Positions 1 to 12,780 of a DNA stretch of 64,000 bases are shown here, one piece after another. How positions within the stretch are numbered: the first letter of the stretch is position 1; each line of letters starts with the position of its first letter. The stretch spans positions 1 to 64,000 of the forward strand of contig JAHLWZ010000179.1 in the NCBI GenBank assembly GCA_020536535.1. The letters are read 5' to 3'. This DNA is from Pelomyxa schiedti. Its lineage: Eukaryota > Protista > Evosea. The notes under the pieces were generated by a model. It made no database searches, was not told the origin of the DNA, and saw only the letters and a program-made list of their open reading frames with translations. Position numbers and translations under genes: made by a program.

Positions 1-514
1 ACCCCACACGGGACCTTCCTCTCTCCTCCTTCTCGAATTTGAGGTGTCGATCTTGTTTGTGTTTTCGGTGTCGACACCCCTTCAACTCTCGTTTTTTTCC
101 TTCGATACCTCGAAAATAGGTCGTCAGATGAAAGCTGGAAAAGCTGGTAACCTTGAGATCCAAGATCCAATCCAATTCCCTTGCCAGTCCACGATGAATC
201 TATTTCCTCTATACTGTGTTGGAGTCAGGTCCACTCCAAAACTAGCTCCACTGGATAGAAAAGCGCATGGGAATGCCATCAGAGTTCTTTCCTAAACGAC
301 TTTCAACTGCAGTCGCCATTTTTTTTCTCCTTCCATCCCCAAATGTTCCCTGCGGAGCTTTTCTCTTAACACCCAACAAAAAGAAAAAAAAAGAAAAAAA
401 AGAAACAAGGGGAGAAGCCAACGAAAATGATGATGAAACTGATAGCGACACCACCCAAGCGCTCTGCGTTCTTTATATTCATCATCATCACGGTTGGTTT
501 ACATCGTTTTCTTG
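1..514 (+). repeat. Near-identical copy of 9954-10460 (tetraspanin upstream region plus exon 1); probably an alternative haplotype placed by scaffolding
   Basis: Colinear with 9954-10460 apart from several substitutions/indels (e.g. GTCGTCAG vs GTTGTCAG, GAGATCC vs GATATCC); ends at an N gap. Confidence 0.9.
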
Positions 515-614
515 NNNNNNNNNNNNNNNNNNNNNNNNNNNNNNNNNNNNNNNNNNNNNNNNNNNNNNNNNNNNNNNNNNNNNNNNNNNNNNNNNNNNNN
601 NNNNNNNNNNNNNN
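515..614. other. 100-N scaffold gap
   Basis: Run of N. Confidence 1.
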
Positions 615-816
615 ACCTGTCACCGTTTGTGCGCAGCCTGCTCATAAGATGTAAGAAAGTAAGGCCTCAGCGAGCACTATTTGAGACACTTTAACAGTGG
701 GCCATGGGACACAGTTTATTCCTTAGTACAACTGCTTTACGTTGTTTATTATTTGGTGGAGTCCTCTTGGGCTTCCAACCTTTCATGATACAAGTGGTTG
801 TGAAAATTTTGTGTTG

Positions 817-3522
817 TCATGTGTTGGCTTGTTTGAGGCGCTTGTAATCGGCTAGAGTGAGACCCTGTGACGGGGGCCGGGATGCTGGGGGAGGGGTTCT
901 CTGAGGTAATGGTGGAGACTTGATGGGAATGAATGTTGGTGCACAGTCCACTTTGGATATGTCTATGTCTAACTCAAAGTCGTGTGCTTTCATCATTGAC
1001 TCTGCATAATCCTCCTGCTGTAGCACCTTGGAACCGGGGTTGATAGATTCTACTGTTACGGTTCCAACAGAGGTAGTTGTAGAAGAGGAAGTGGTGGAGG
1101 TTGCAGTTGTGGGGGTAGTTGTGGTAGTGTTTGTTGTTGATGTGTTCCCCACTAGTGTGGCTTCTTCCGGTGCAGAGGGTTTCTGCTTGTTGTTGAAAGA
1201 AGTTTATGTGTATTGGGGATTTACTTGGTGGGGTTTCAGTTTATTCTTTGGAGGTACAAAGACCTCTGGCATTGTCCTACGTCTTTGGCAAGGATTCAAG
1301 GCTAATGATGATGACGAGGAATCCACAAGCTTTTTTTATTATTACTATTTTTGTGTTGTTTACGCATGTATTGTGTAAGGGACACACCACAAGGCGGGCT
1401 GGTTTTTTTGGATACAATACAGCTTCCACTGGTTTTTCAGTTTCACGTAAATCTGCTAGCTGCTTTTTCAACTGTTGAACCCTGATTAATACTTTATTGT
1501 TTTCCTTCTTGATTCCTCCCTTTCATAGAGAGCCAACCTCTCAGCGTTCTCTGCCATAATAGCTTCATCCAATTGCGATTGAATGAGGGCTGCCTTTTTG
1601 ACTGGTTTTGCTTTCTCTTGGGCTTTCATTTCTTTGAGACGGTAGTCTGCCTGTGAATGTTCATATTCTCAAATAAAAGGGTATATTCATATTCCATGAA
1701 AGGGGTACTTCGGAGTATTGATACGTCCTAGCCCACTGGAGGTTGTCTCTCACTGTACAAAAAATTTGTTGGGACAAATATGTGGAGTGTATTCTCCTTT
1801 CCACGGCACATCTCGTAAAAACTTCATACTCACTCTGTGGGAGCTTGTTAGATGGGGGTGATCATTGTTAGAAGGTACCTCAGTCAAAGGTTGATCTGAA
1901 ATGGAGAAAATTGGGAAATTTTTTGTTGACTCATTTTGGCTTGTTTGTAGGACAAGATGGATGTCTGTCTCCTTTGTATCAGGGCGGTTCAGATCCAAGG
2001 GGTACGGGGAACCTTTCTGGACTCCTTCATGAAGAACAAATGTCTTAGAGCCAGTATCTCCAGAAAAGGAAATACCAACAACAACTGCCACTCGGTAAGT
2101 ATTTTTGTCCATATGTGTGCCAAGAGACACTCGGACAAAACCTTTGCTAATAGCCTGTTCAAAGAAAGGTTCGTTGACCCATTTAATGAGCACGGATCGC
2201 CTGTGGAGAGTTACATAATTTAACTTTTATAGGTTGACGCACAGAAGTTGAATTTCCAACATTTGGGCAAATGACATAATCTAGGGAGGGTGAGTATTAT
2301 ACTTGTGTTCAACTGGGACGGCGTTTTACCTCCGGGTTTGTTGAGGTTTCTTCAGTAGGAGGCGAGGAAGGGCTTGGAGGCAGGATTTCCTGTGCAGGTG
2401 ACCCGTGAGGGGAACTCTTGTGTTCCTTTCAGAATGTCAGAGGAGGCAAACACAAACCAATGTAACCTCTGCGACAGCGCCACGGGAATTTGATAAAGTG
2501 GGCGGTACATCAATTTTATCACCTTGCTTCTCAGCAGGTGTAGTTGTCGTAGAACTTTGTTTTTCGGCTGGGGTGGTTGTAACAGAGTCAAGTTTTGCCC
2601 TTTTTTCCTTTATGGCTTTGAGAGCGACATCGGCACTGGACTCTTTACGTGTGCGATCTCTCAGCTGCCTACCTGTGGTAAGTTGAGGTTTATTGAAGCT
2701 GTGCAGGATGTCATGTGATTTACTGGAGGGTTTTATTTCCGACTTGGATTTTGCAGGTGTTGTGCTACGGCGCTCAGTTCGAATGCGCAATCTCTCATTG
2801 TTCCTTTTCCTTTGCTCATAACGTTCAGCTAAAACTTGCTCTCGTTTTAAATCGGATAACGAATCCAGGCTGTCATTGTTTGAAGAAAAAGATGTTAAAC
2901 ATATATCAAGGAGTGTGTAAAGCAAACTATTGTCTATCTGCCTCATCTCCCTTCAATTCATCATCCCACTCATCATGGTAGTCCTCACTGCTATCACTTT
3001 CTTCGGAAGGTGTTGGCGAGTTATCATCTCCTGCGTCACCACCGGCACTACAGGAAAGGGGGAAAGGTTAACTGTTACAGAAGGAGAAACAAATAGCAGT
3101 ACAGTTTTCTTTTCTTTGGTCTCCTGTCATCCAAAATTTCCCCCTATAAATAGATTAAAGCAGATAACGATGAAGGCATGCAACACCTCTTCAAGTCCAG
3201 GGGCAGGTTTAGGCTGTATTATTTTAAGAAGTTCGTTTTTTCTCACTCGATTTGTACCTTAGGCAAGTCCGACACCTTACTAGAGTGACGATGACTGTGA
3301 TGACTGTGGGAACGGTGCCTGTCTGTCTCCAGAAGGAGTACACGGGGAGAAAAAACAAATATTGAGCGATAAAAAGACGAAGAAGTAGAAGTGCAGGCGA
3401 GCTACAAAGACACGCTCTATGCACTACGCTTGTACGTATTTTATGCGTTTTATTGTCTCGGTACCTTTCACTGCCTTATTGCTAGATCCTTTCCCATTGT
3501 CGTCTTCATCAGCACCAGACAT
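817..3522 (-). CDS. RTF1: Rtf1 (Paf1 complex subunit, Plus3 domain), multi-exon
   Basis: Spliced motifs: DELKGDEADRQYLDSLSDLKREQVLAER (histone-modification domain), LIKWVNEPFFEQAISKGFVRVSLG...YRVAVVVGI (Plus3), C-terminal LTLADYKRLK. Start at 3522 inferred from GT-AG splicing. Confidence 0.88.
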
Positions 3523-3834
3523 GTCGTGCTTGGCCCCCTCTTACTTTTTTTTTTCTTTCTTCGTGACTGTTATGCTCTGATGCATACTCGGAAAATAGAA
3601 CGATAGAAAACGTACGAAAAGAACGAAGTACAAAATTTTGTTCTTTTGTTTTGGCAAACACATTAACAGGATATACAATACAGGTATAATGACGGAGTGT
3701 TGAATGTGAGTGATGTGAAGAAGAGGGGCAGTGGGAATTATGAATGAAGAGGGGATGTGATGGGGCTTGTTGGACCATTATCAACACACTACAGGTGTGG
3801 ATATGGCCGGTCTGTGTGTTTCCATTCCATACAA

Positions 3835-6800
3835 TCAGGGGTCACCTGTTTGGCTTGCCATTGTGTTGGTTGGCTCAGTAACTGTTATAGCTTCTAGGGC
3901 CTCCAGTTGCGGGAGTACCGTTACCATCCCCGGTCTTGGGGCCTGTGTACTTATAAGGCACTGCTTGGCAATTTCATAGAATCCTTCAGTTATCTAATAG
4001 AGGTTAGTGAGTGGTTGGAGGAATGAAAACGAGAAAGAAAAGTCATTTATTTGAGAGAAGTACCTGTCTTGGCCAGACGGAATCCAAGAAAGGTGCCAAG
4101 GGGTTATCTTCACCTTTCTTTTGAAGCTCTGCTATACGGGCAGCCAGCCAGTCACCAAGAGAAACTTTGGATTTATCCTCCAGATGAATTCGAGCAGGCA
4201 ATCCCGTAAGAAGTTCTAGTAGGACAACTCCGAAGCTCCACACGTCAACCTGCCTGGCCTCAGGAAAAGTTGGAAGGAAAAAGTGTTTAACCTTAGTGGA
4301 TAGAGTTCCACTAGAAGCGTACTCAGGACATATCTAGGATTGATTATCAGAGATGAGAGATTGCGGAAGAAGCTTTACATAGCCAGGAGTCCCAGCAACA
4401 GATGAAGCTTGCTGTGACGTGTCTGGAAGAAGTCTGGCCAACCCAAAATCTCCAATCCTGGGCTCGTTGTGGCGATCCAATAGTACATTTGCACTTTTAA
4501 AATCTAGGTTTTGTTAGAGCAAATTAGCGATTCCACACCCTTATTTCAGAACCTCGGTGTATAACAGGAGGTCTAGCTGTAGCATGCAGAAAGAGTAACC
4601 CTCTGGCACAACCAATGGCAATGTTCAATCTACTACTCCAGGGAAGCAAATCACGAGACTCTGGATTTGTTGTTAAAAACCAAATATTATTGAGAGGCTA
4701 CTTTTACTGCTTCGGAAGGCTCTATGTGCTTTTTTTAAAAGCTCCTTTAAGGAGCCTCCTTCCATAAGGTCATACACAAGAGCAATTCTTTCCGTTTCTA
4801 TGCTGCAGCCTATCAAGGGAACGAGATTGCGGTGTCTAAGTGGTGTTAAGATAGAAAAAGTCCCGTTTCAATTACCTGAAAGTTGACAATAGTTGAATTT
4901 CATGCTCGAACCCTTTCTTCCCTCCTGGTTTATGGGATAGATTGATTACTTTTATGGCAACAGCAGTTCCATTGATTACAGCCTTTGTTTAATATTATTG
5001 TTTTATTATTTTTTAAAATAGATGTGTTACTCTGAAAACTGTCCCATAAGAGCCTGAACCAAGCTTCCCTTTTTCATTAAATGCTTCAGTAGCAGCTTCA
5101 ATTTCTTCATATGAGAAGAAGAGTTGTTGTAGTTGATTGATTTGGCTATTCTAGAAAAGAGTCAGATCTTGAGTTGCTTGGCGAGTCCCTTACAGCATCA
5201 GAGCGTTGTTGGGCAGTAATCACTTGTCCATCAATGTTGCAATTGGTTATAGTTGGGCCAGGGCTTTCTATCTCGAGACCTGAAATAACCGTGAGAAGTA
5301 ATCAATAGCAGTAAGGAACCTTGTGGATGTGTGATACTCCCATTTTCGTAAATCTTACAATCTATGAGAGTCCCTCCAGCGTTATCCAGATATTGTAAAC
5401 CAGCAAGGGTACAGCTGTGGACATTGCAACCGCGAATAATTGGAGAGCTATCTCTTGTGAGTTCCACACCTCCCATTGCATTACTGTGTATGTCGCAGGC
5501 GTCAATGAGTGTTGACCCTCCACAGGAGGTCAAAAGGATTCCACTCTGAATGCCATGATGAACACTGCATTTCCTTATAATTGGAGAAGCTCCATTTCGA
5601 ACTGCAATGCCGACAAGAGAATTTCTATAAATATCACACATCTCTATGAGACCACCAGCACCCCTGTCAAATCGCAGCCCAGTCTCTCTTCCATCATGAA
5701 TAAGGCAGCTCCTCACAGTTGGAGCACATTCTTTGGCGGCTTCCACATTGGCCATCCCACTGCAACAAATGTCACAACTTTCCAGTGTGGCCCCTCCACT
5801 TTGATTAAAGAAGACGCCAGCCCCACCACTGTCAATTATGCGGCAGTCTCGGATAATTGGATCACTATTTCCTGTTATATGGACATTAATGCTGGAGCTT
5901 CGGGATATAGTGCAAGATTCAATACGCCCGCGCCCATGCTCCCTATAGTGTATACCATATTTTCTGTTCCAATAGCGTTAAAGAAAAAGAAAAACAATAC
6001 AATTCTAACCTATTTCCATCGATTGTGCACAAATGTATTACAGGGTCAGCATCTGTGGCAATTTCTATGCCAGCCAGAGCATTACTGTAGATGAGACATT
6101 GTTCAACATCACCATGCCCATTGTTACAAAAATACATGCTTGGGGGTGTTAAAAAAAAAAATGAAAAAACTGTGGATACCCAGCTTGCTCGCCGTTAAAA
6201 ACAGTGCATTGTTGGACAACAGCAGTGCTGTCAGATTCTACAACCAATCCTGGTAGTTTATTGCGATGCAACCAACAGCGGGTAATTATGGGCATACTCC
6301 CGTGTTGAATGCGAATTCCAGACAGTTTGTTCTAGCACAAGTTAGTAACTAAAGCACCTGACCAACCAAGACTACCTCAAAGATGTTGCATTCAAGTATT
6401 TTGGCTTGTGATGCTCCACTCATAGTAATTCCCGCTCTTTCATTTCTATGGATAGAACACCCTTTGATGGTAGGAGAGCTGCAACCTTGAATCTGAACGT
6501 GCTTAGACTGTTTATTGATTGTACAGTCATACATCAATACCACCCCGTGCATTCATAAAAATGTTACAGTACTTGATTTTACCCTTTCCACCATTGTGTA
6601 TGGAAATCCCTAAGGCCTGTGATTCACAAATCGAACAGGCCTTTATTGTAGGTGTGCTCCCCCTTGCAATTTCAATCCCAATAAGAGCGATATTAGTTAT
6701 TGTGCAGTTCTCAATCCTCAATTTACATTCAGAGAAGTTGTTTCAGAAAAAAGTATACACACTTTCCCTTTCCATTGTCCCAGGTTGTGATTCCCACCTG

Positions 6801-9670
6801 ACCTTCTCTAATGGCAGATGAGGTTATAAGGGGATCACTTTCCCCACATATCTCGATCCCAGTACCAGATGTAGCACAAGCTTGTATATCTTGGTATTGT
6901 TATTTTTCGTATTTAAATAAGATTGGTCATACCACAAAGCTCTACCTTACCCGCCGCAGAATCAGCAAACCGTATGGCTGATATACTTGGAATGGAGCCT
7001 GGTTTGTGGTTATAAAATGTGGTGACAAATCCTTCTACCATATGTAGTCGGACTTATATTACAACGGCACAGAGACAGGGAACTTCCTTTGCCAGAAGCT
7101 TGTACTGAGGCAATGTGGCATTCATTTGCAGTCAAATCGCCTCTATTTGTCACCATTACTGTTCCTCGTAGTACCAATCCTTTAATAGAGATTTTTGCTC
7201 CCTAGTCAAGGTTAAGGAAGTAGGCATGATACCAAGATAAAAAATTACTTGCACTACAAACAGGGAATTCTCTGGCTGTTGTACAGTCCCAGAAGCCTCA
7301 AAAGCCGTCTTATTCAGGGCAAGCTGCTCCGTTTCCAAGATTTGTAAAATCCGAGAAAAAGATGGCCTAACGGACAAATCTCCACTCCAACATTTCGTGA
7401 TTAAATCGGAGACGGTCTTGGGGCAGTTCGCAGATGTCAACAGTAACCTCTTAAATTTTGTTGGCCTTGTTGCAGTTATGACCTAAGTCATACCTTGCCT
7501 TCTTCAACAAATTGTATAATTTCTAAGCAGAATGAGAAAGGTCATTAAGGATCAAGACACACGAGTTATCTTTCGGAAGTCAGGACCGGCAAATGGAATT
7601 CCGGCAAATAACCTGTACATAACCATGCCAAAACTACATGGATTAGTAAAACCCCGATTTGGAGTTCAAAACCTATAAACATCAGAAGCAGGGCAAAACT
7701 GCGTTCCGTCGTGGAAAGCTTCAGGGGCAGTGTATGCCTATCACCAACCACATCAAGGGTCATTTCCAAAAGAAAGAAGGTAAAATAGAGGAAGGGTACT
7801 AACTAGATGGTAGAATTTAGGAGGAAAACTCTTAAAAAAAAGAACACACCCGTTATTTCTGAGGGAATAGGGTTTCGTCTTACAATCTCAAAATCACTTA
7901 TGTCGATTAGAGAAAAGCTATATTGCAACGTGAAAAGGGGAAGTACCATATTTTGGCAACTATTTCAGCTGTTGGTTCCACTGCAAAAATCTGAGGTATA
8001 TCACAAAAAAAAAATGCAACAAAGTAAAAAGTTAAACCAAAATGTTTGTGGGCTTCAGATTGCGGTGAAGAATGCCATTTCTATGAAGAATGCTAACCCC
8101 TAAAAGTGGAGGTGGTTACGGAAGGTTTTTAGATGAAATGTGAAACCTTGGGCACAGTCCAATGCTATTCTGACTTTGAGAAGAGGTGGAAGCTCACTCT
8201 TAGAAAGGATTGCCTCTAAGTTACCATGTTTGGCAAATTCGAAAACCAATGATACGGATGGGGGGTGCAAGACTGAGCCAATAAATTCTAGTAATGGTAG
8301 GATGAACTAATAATACCAAATATTTATGCACATCGCATACTAAGTATATTTGGTACATGCAACTGCTCCAGCATTTCGAAATCTCGTTTAAATTCGTGTA
8401 AAGCCATTTCGTCAGTTGGTGGCGATTTTAGTACTTTTATAGCAGCCTAGATCAAAGGTTTGATAAAAGTAAAAAGGAGTTGGGAGGGGAGGCCCTACTG
8501 GTGCTTCTCGGTACGTTCCACGAAAAACAGTACCAATAGTACCCTCACCAAGGGGTGGCTCAAAGCGCTGGATTTCGTCTACCCTGTGTGAATAAAACAA
8601 GACAGGAGGAAGTCATACTTAAATCAAGCTTGGTTGTCATTCGTGATTTCATTTTGAGAGGAATAAACATGTGGTAATGTTCTCCGCGGGCTCCTTTGGT
8701 AGGTTAGTATACATAAATGTGTGGCAGGAACCTTCAACGACAACAGGAATAAGTTCATCGATTATAGTGGTACATTTCACAATAATTGTGGCAATTATTT
8801 GAGCTTTTTTTCCCTAAAAAAAATATTTATTGAGGAGAAATGGAGGTATCAATGTACCGGTTTTAGTTCTTTCGTTTTTGGCTGGAAATCTAAATCAAAT
8901 TTATGGCACGAATGCTGAAACAGTGAAAAAATCACTCGATCCTTGGCTCTAAGAGAGGAGCATCAATGGAATGGTACTCGGTAGAGCGCACATACTTGCT
9001 AGTAAATATTATTGATTCTTGTATTGGTTGGTCAATGGGGACCAAGTTCTCCTGCCCAAGTTTGAAGTGGAGGGATTCTTTGGGAATCTAAGAGAAAGTT
9101 AACTTCACTATCAAGAGTATGTAACTCACTACGAGTGGGAAATCTTCCACATTGGTAAGGCTGTGCGGAATCAATTTAAGCTAAAAAAGAATATATGTAT
9201 CTACACCCCAAGCACACACATTGAATCCTTAGGAATAACCCCAGTTGGGATCGCTGGCACAGGTAATGGTTTTGCAAGTGACGATGACATTAACGGAGAA
9301 GGGGCACCACTTGAAGGAGGCTCGTCTAATTGCCTGATTTATTTGTTTGGCTTACGATTAGGCAATGACACAGTGACAAGCTCATGACCCACCTTGGTGT
9401 TGGCATGATGATAACGCGTGATCCAACTCCTGGGTGATCCAGGGTGCACGCAGCACATATGGTCAATGATTTGGTAATCAAAATTGGGCATGCCTTCTCT
9501 ACATACTCTCCAGGTGCCACCTTACAAACAAACATCAAAACAAAAGAGGCGGAAAGAAAAAAAAAAAAAAAGAAATTTACAATGATTACAGCGCCAGGCA
9601 CGGCACGTTCCACGGCCTCACTGAGGGAAGTGCAGTCTCCGGTACTGCTGTTGGAGACGACAATCCTCAT
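3835..9670 (-). CDS. Multi-domain protein: beta-helix N-cap + TMK-type pre-kinase domain + TKL pseudokinase + PbH1 beta-helix repeats + RLK/Pelle-like kinase
   Basis: Exons join in frame through GT-AG introns. Kinase 1: [25 protein letters not shown]. PbH1 repeats such as [18 protein letters not shown]. Kinase 2: [73 protein letters not shown]. Confidence 0.85.
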
Positions 9671-9733
9671 TCAACAAACACCGACGCGACTAGATTGGGT
9701 GTGAACGGTCGGTTTTTCTCCACAAAAAAAAAA

Positions 9734-10073
9734 CCCCACACGGGACCTTCCTCTCTCCTCCTTCTCGAATTTGAGGTGTCGATCTTGTTTGTGTTTTCGG
9801 TGTCGACACCCCTTCAACTCTCGTTTTTTTCCTTCGATACCTCGAAAATAGGTNNNNNNNNNNNNNNNNNNNNNNNNNNNNNNNNNNNNNNNNNNNNNNN
9901 NNNNNNNNNNNNNNNNNNNNNNNNNNNNNNNNNNNNNNNNNNNNNNNNNNNNNACCCCACACGGGACCTTCCTCTCTCCTCCTTCTCGAATTTGAGGTGT
10001 CGATCTTGTTTGTGTTTTCGGTGTCGACACCCCTTCAACTCTCGTTTTTTTCCTTCGATACCTCGAAAATAGG
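9734..10073 (+). repeat. 120-bp direct duplication (9734-9853 = 9954-10073) flanking a 100-N gap (9854-9953); unmerged contig overlap
   Basis: Same sequence on both sides of the N run. Confidence 0.9.
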
Positions 10074-10371
10074 TTGTCAGATGAAAGCTGGGAAAGCTGG
10101 TAACCTTGATATCCAAGATCCAATCCAATTCCCTTGCCAGTCCACGATGAATCTATTTCCTCTATACTGTGTGGAGTCAGGTCCACTCCATCAACTAGCT
10201 CCACTGGATAGAAAAGCGCATGGAATTCCATCAGAGTTCTTTCCTAAACGACTTTCAACTGCAGTCGCCATTTTTTTTCTCCTTCCATCCCCAAATGTTC
10301 CCTGCGGAGCTTTTCTCTTAACACCCAACAAAAAGAAAAAAAAAAAGAAACAAGGGGAGAAGCCAACGAAA

Positions 10372-11280
10372 ATGATGATGAAACTGATAGCGACACCACC
10401 CAAGCGCTCTGCGTTCTTTATATTCATCATCATCACGGTTGGTTTACATCGTTTTCTTGTTTTTTTTTTCCCCGTTCAACGTGTCGTAGCTCCTGGGCTT
10501 TGCTGCGATGATCAATTGGATCTGTATGCGATATGCTCCTTCTTGGGATTATAGCGAGGTGACAATCTCTGCAAAAAAAAAAATAATACTATATTTAAAA
10601 CATCTTACGAGATCGAAACCTAAACTATGACTAGCTGGACGTGGGTATTGATGGAGTTGAACTTGCTATGGTGGGAGCTGGTGCAGGTGTTTGTATTGTT
10701 GGACTTCTGTTGTGGGCCGCTCTCTTCACTAACAATAAAGTCTTCGTGTATCTTGTAATCTCCCTGATGCAAGCAATCACGTTCATCATCTAAACACTAA
10801 CACTTTCCCTCCTTAGTACATTGGCTTGACATGCATCCTGGTGGTGTTCGAGGTTGGTATTGCCATCATGGCTCTCGTTCATGGCCCACAAGTCGCGGAT
10901 AAAATTGATGACGCCTGGATAAAAATGTACACTTCCGACCCTAATCAGCTTCACACATATCAAAAGAAGGTATTTCCCAGTATTACCTTCCTTTTATTAA
11001 GTCGTTGTCACTCCAGCACGATTGCTGTGGATTGTGGGGCTACTACAACTCTTCGGATTACTACTATCCCTGCACTGCCGATGAGCTCTACAACAACGTA
11101 ACAAAGGGGTGCTGTGGGATTGTAGAGGGTTGCGAAACTGTACTGTCATGCCTTGGGAAAGTCCAATGTCAAGCAATTGGCTCGTCTGCATTTTGTATGG
11201 TGTTGCTCCAGTTGGTTACGCTGATCTTCCCCATTTTCCTTATGAAGTACTCTCCTTTTACTTCCAACAACCGTGCTTAA
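10372..11280 (+). CDS. Tetraspanin family protein (5 exons)
   Basis: Four hydrophobic helices after splicing; large extracellular loop with QKKHDCCG...PC...GCCG...C. Confidence 0.85.
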
Positions 11281-11698
11281 TCTCTCTTCTAACAGGCATC
11301 TGGGTTCCGTAGAATGATCGCAATAACCTTTCCTCTATTCGTTGTACCAGCCAAAGTGAAGAAAAATAAAAAAGAAAAACAAAGCCCTAAACAAAGAATC
11401 AAGCACACACAAACCCAAGAAAGTAAAGAAAAAGCATTTCGACAAGAAAAAAACTTGTTTTTCCCCCCAAGACCTTTCAAGAGTCAAGGGCACCTATATT
11501 ATACCTAATCCAGACACGCCTGCACCGTACACCGTTGTAGGCTTGTTCAGGCAGCAAAGCATTCCCCCAAGGAAAGCCGTGCTGGCTCGACAAAGGAAGG
11601 CCGGCAGACCAGGCAACGAAATGACTCAGAGCAGCTCTGCTCGTTCATTGCGTTGCCGTTCTGCCGTGAGTGTAGAAGTATAAAGAGGGGCACCAGTG

Positions 11699-12780
11699 TC
11701 AGAAGCACATCATCAGCGGCTGGCTGGTGTGTGCTGGCTGAGAAGGAAATTCCACTGGCAGAGGATGCTGCTCCTGCCCAGGGAATTTGGTGTGCATGAA
11801 GTGATGGGCACCCGAGACTCGGGGGACTTTGGGGAGGGTCGATATGGCCACGACTGGGGTGGGGTATGGGCAGCGGTGGGTGCGCTTGTGTCGGTGGGAA
11901 TTATGGGATTGAGACTGAGACTGGGGAGTGGTGTACTGGATGGCCGAGTAACTGCACTCTTCCGGAAGGAATTGGTGGGGCTCCGAGGTGGGGAATGACT
12001 CGGGGGACTCGGTTATGGGAGGAGGGGGAGGTGAATTGGGGGAGGTGACGGGTGTGGGAATGTAGGTGACTGACGCAGGAGTATTTGATGGAGAGGGCGA
12101 TCCTGGCGGAGTGACGCACTCCAAGGCTGGGGTTTGTGTCTGTTCCGCGATTGTGGGAACTGCGATGACGGTTAGGAATTGTAGCTGGATAAGGGAGAAA
12201 CCAACCTGCAATGGTTGCTATGGCTTGGCTGTACTGAAGGAATTGCTCTGGTGTGATATAGAGGTCAAACTGGATCATTTTGAGCAGAGCAACTTCTAGT
12301 GTGTTCATCTCCAACATAGAGACACCGCCAACTCTGGCGTAAAATTTGTTGGAGTAGAAGTTGTCTTCATAGAACTTAAGGGCAGTCACTAGGCTGAGGA
12401 AAAAAAAAGTAAGTCCCTCTGTTTATCGGTGAATACAACATACCAGGAGAGAAGAAGCCTGTGAGCATTCCTCTCAGTGAGGAAGAACGTTGGATTCCGT
12501 TCAAGAATACGGTCAATAAAAACCATTGCAGCAAGTAAGGTTGATCTACTGCACCCACTGAAAACTTCAAGTCTAAACCCTTAGGTCAATGATGGGCATT
12601 CAGCAGACAAAAAACAAACCGTTTTACGTAAGCCTCGAGAGTGATGCCTGGAACCCTGATGGCATCAAAGGCCGTTGGTTCTTGGGTTCCTTCCTCAGGC
12701 ACGAAAGACCTCTGGGCCTCGATCAGTCTTCCCATGAGGGTGGACACTTGCATGTAGAGAGGTGACTCCATTGTTTCCAT
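11699..12780 (-). CDS. PHO80/Pcl/cyclin-U family cyclin with Pro/Ser-rich tail
   Basis: FDAIRVPGITLEAYVKRL...AMVFIDRI...NAHRLL...ALKFYEDNFYSNKFYARVGGVSMLEMNTLEVALLKMIQFDL; last intron shifts into the 11699 frame. Confidence 0.88.

Noticed and set aside
9734-10073. Direct repeats around N gaps (also 31367-31707) as LTRs or target-site duplications
   Set aside because: About 120-bp overlaps on either side of fixed 100-N gaps are typical unmerged contig ends
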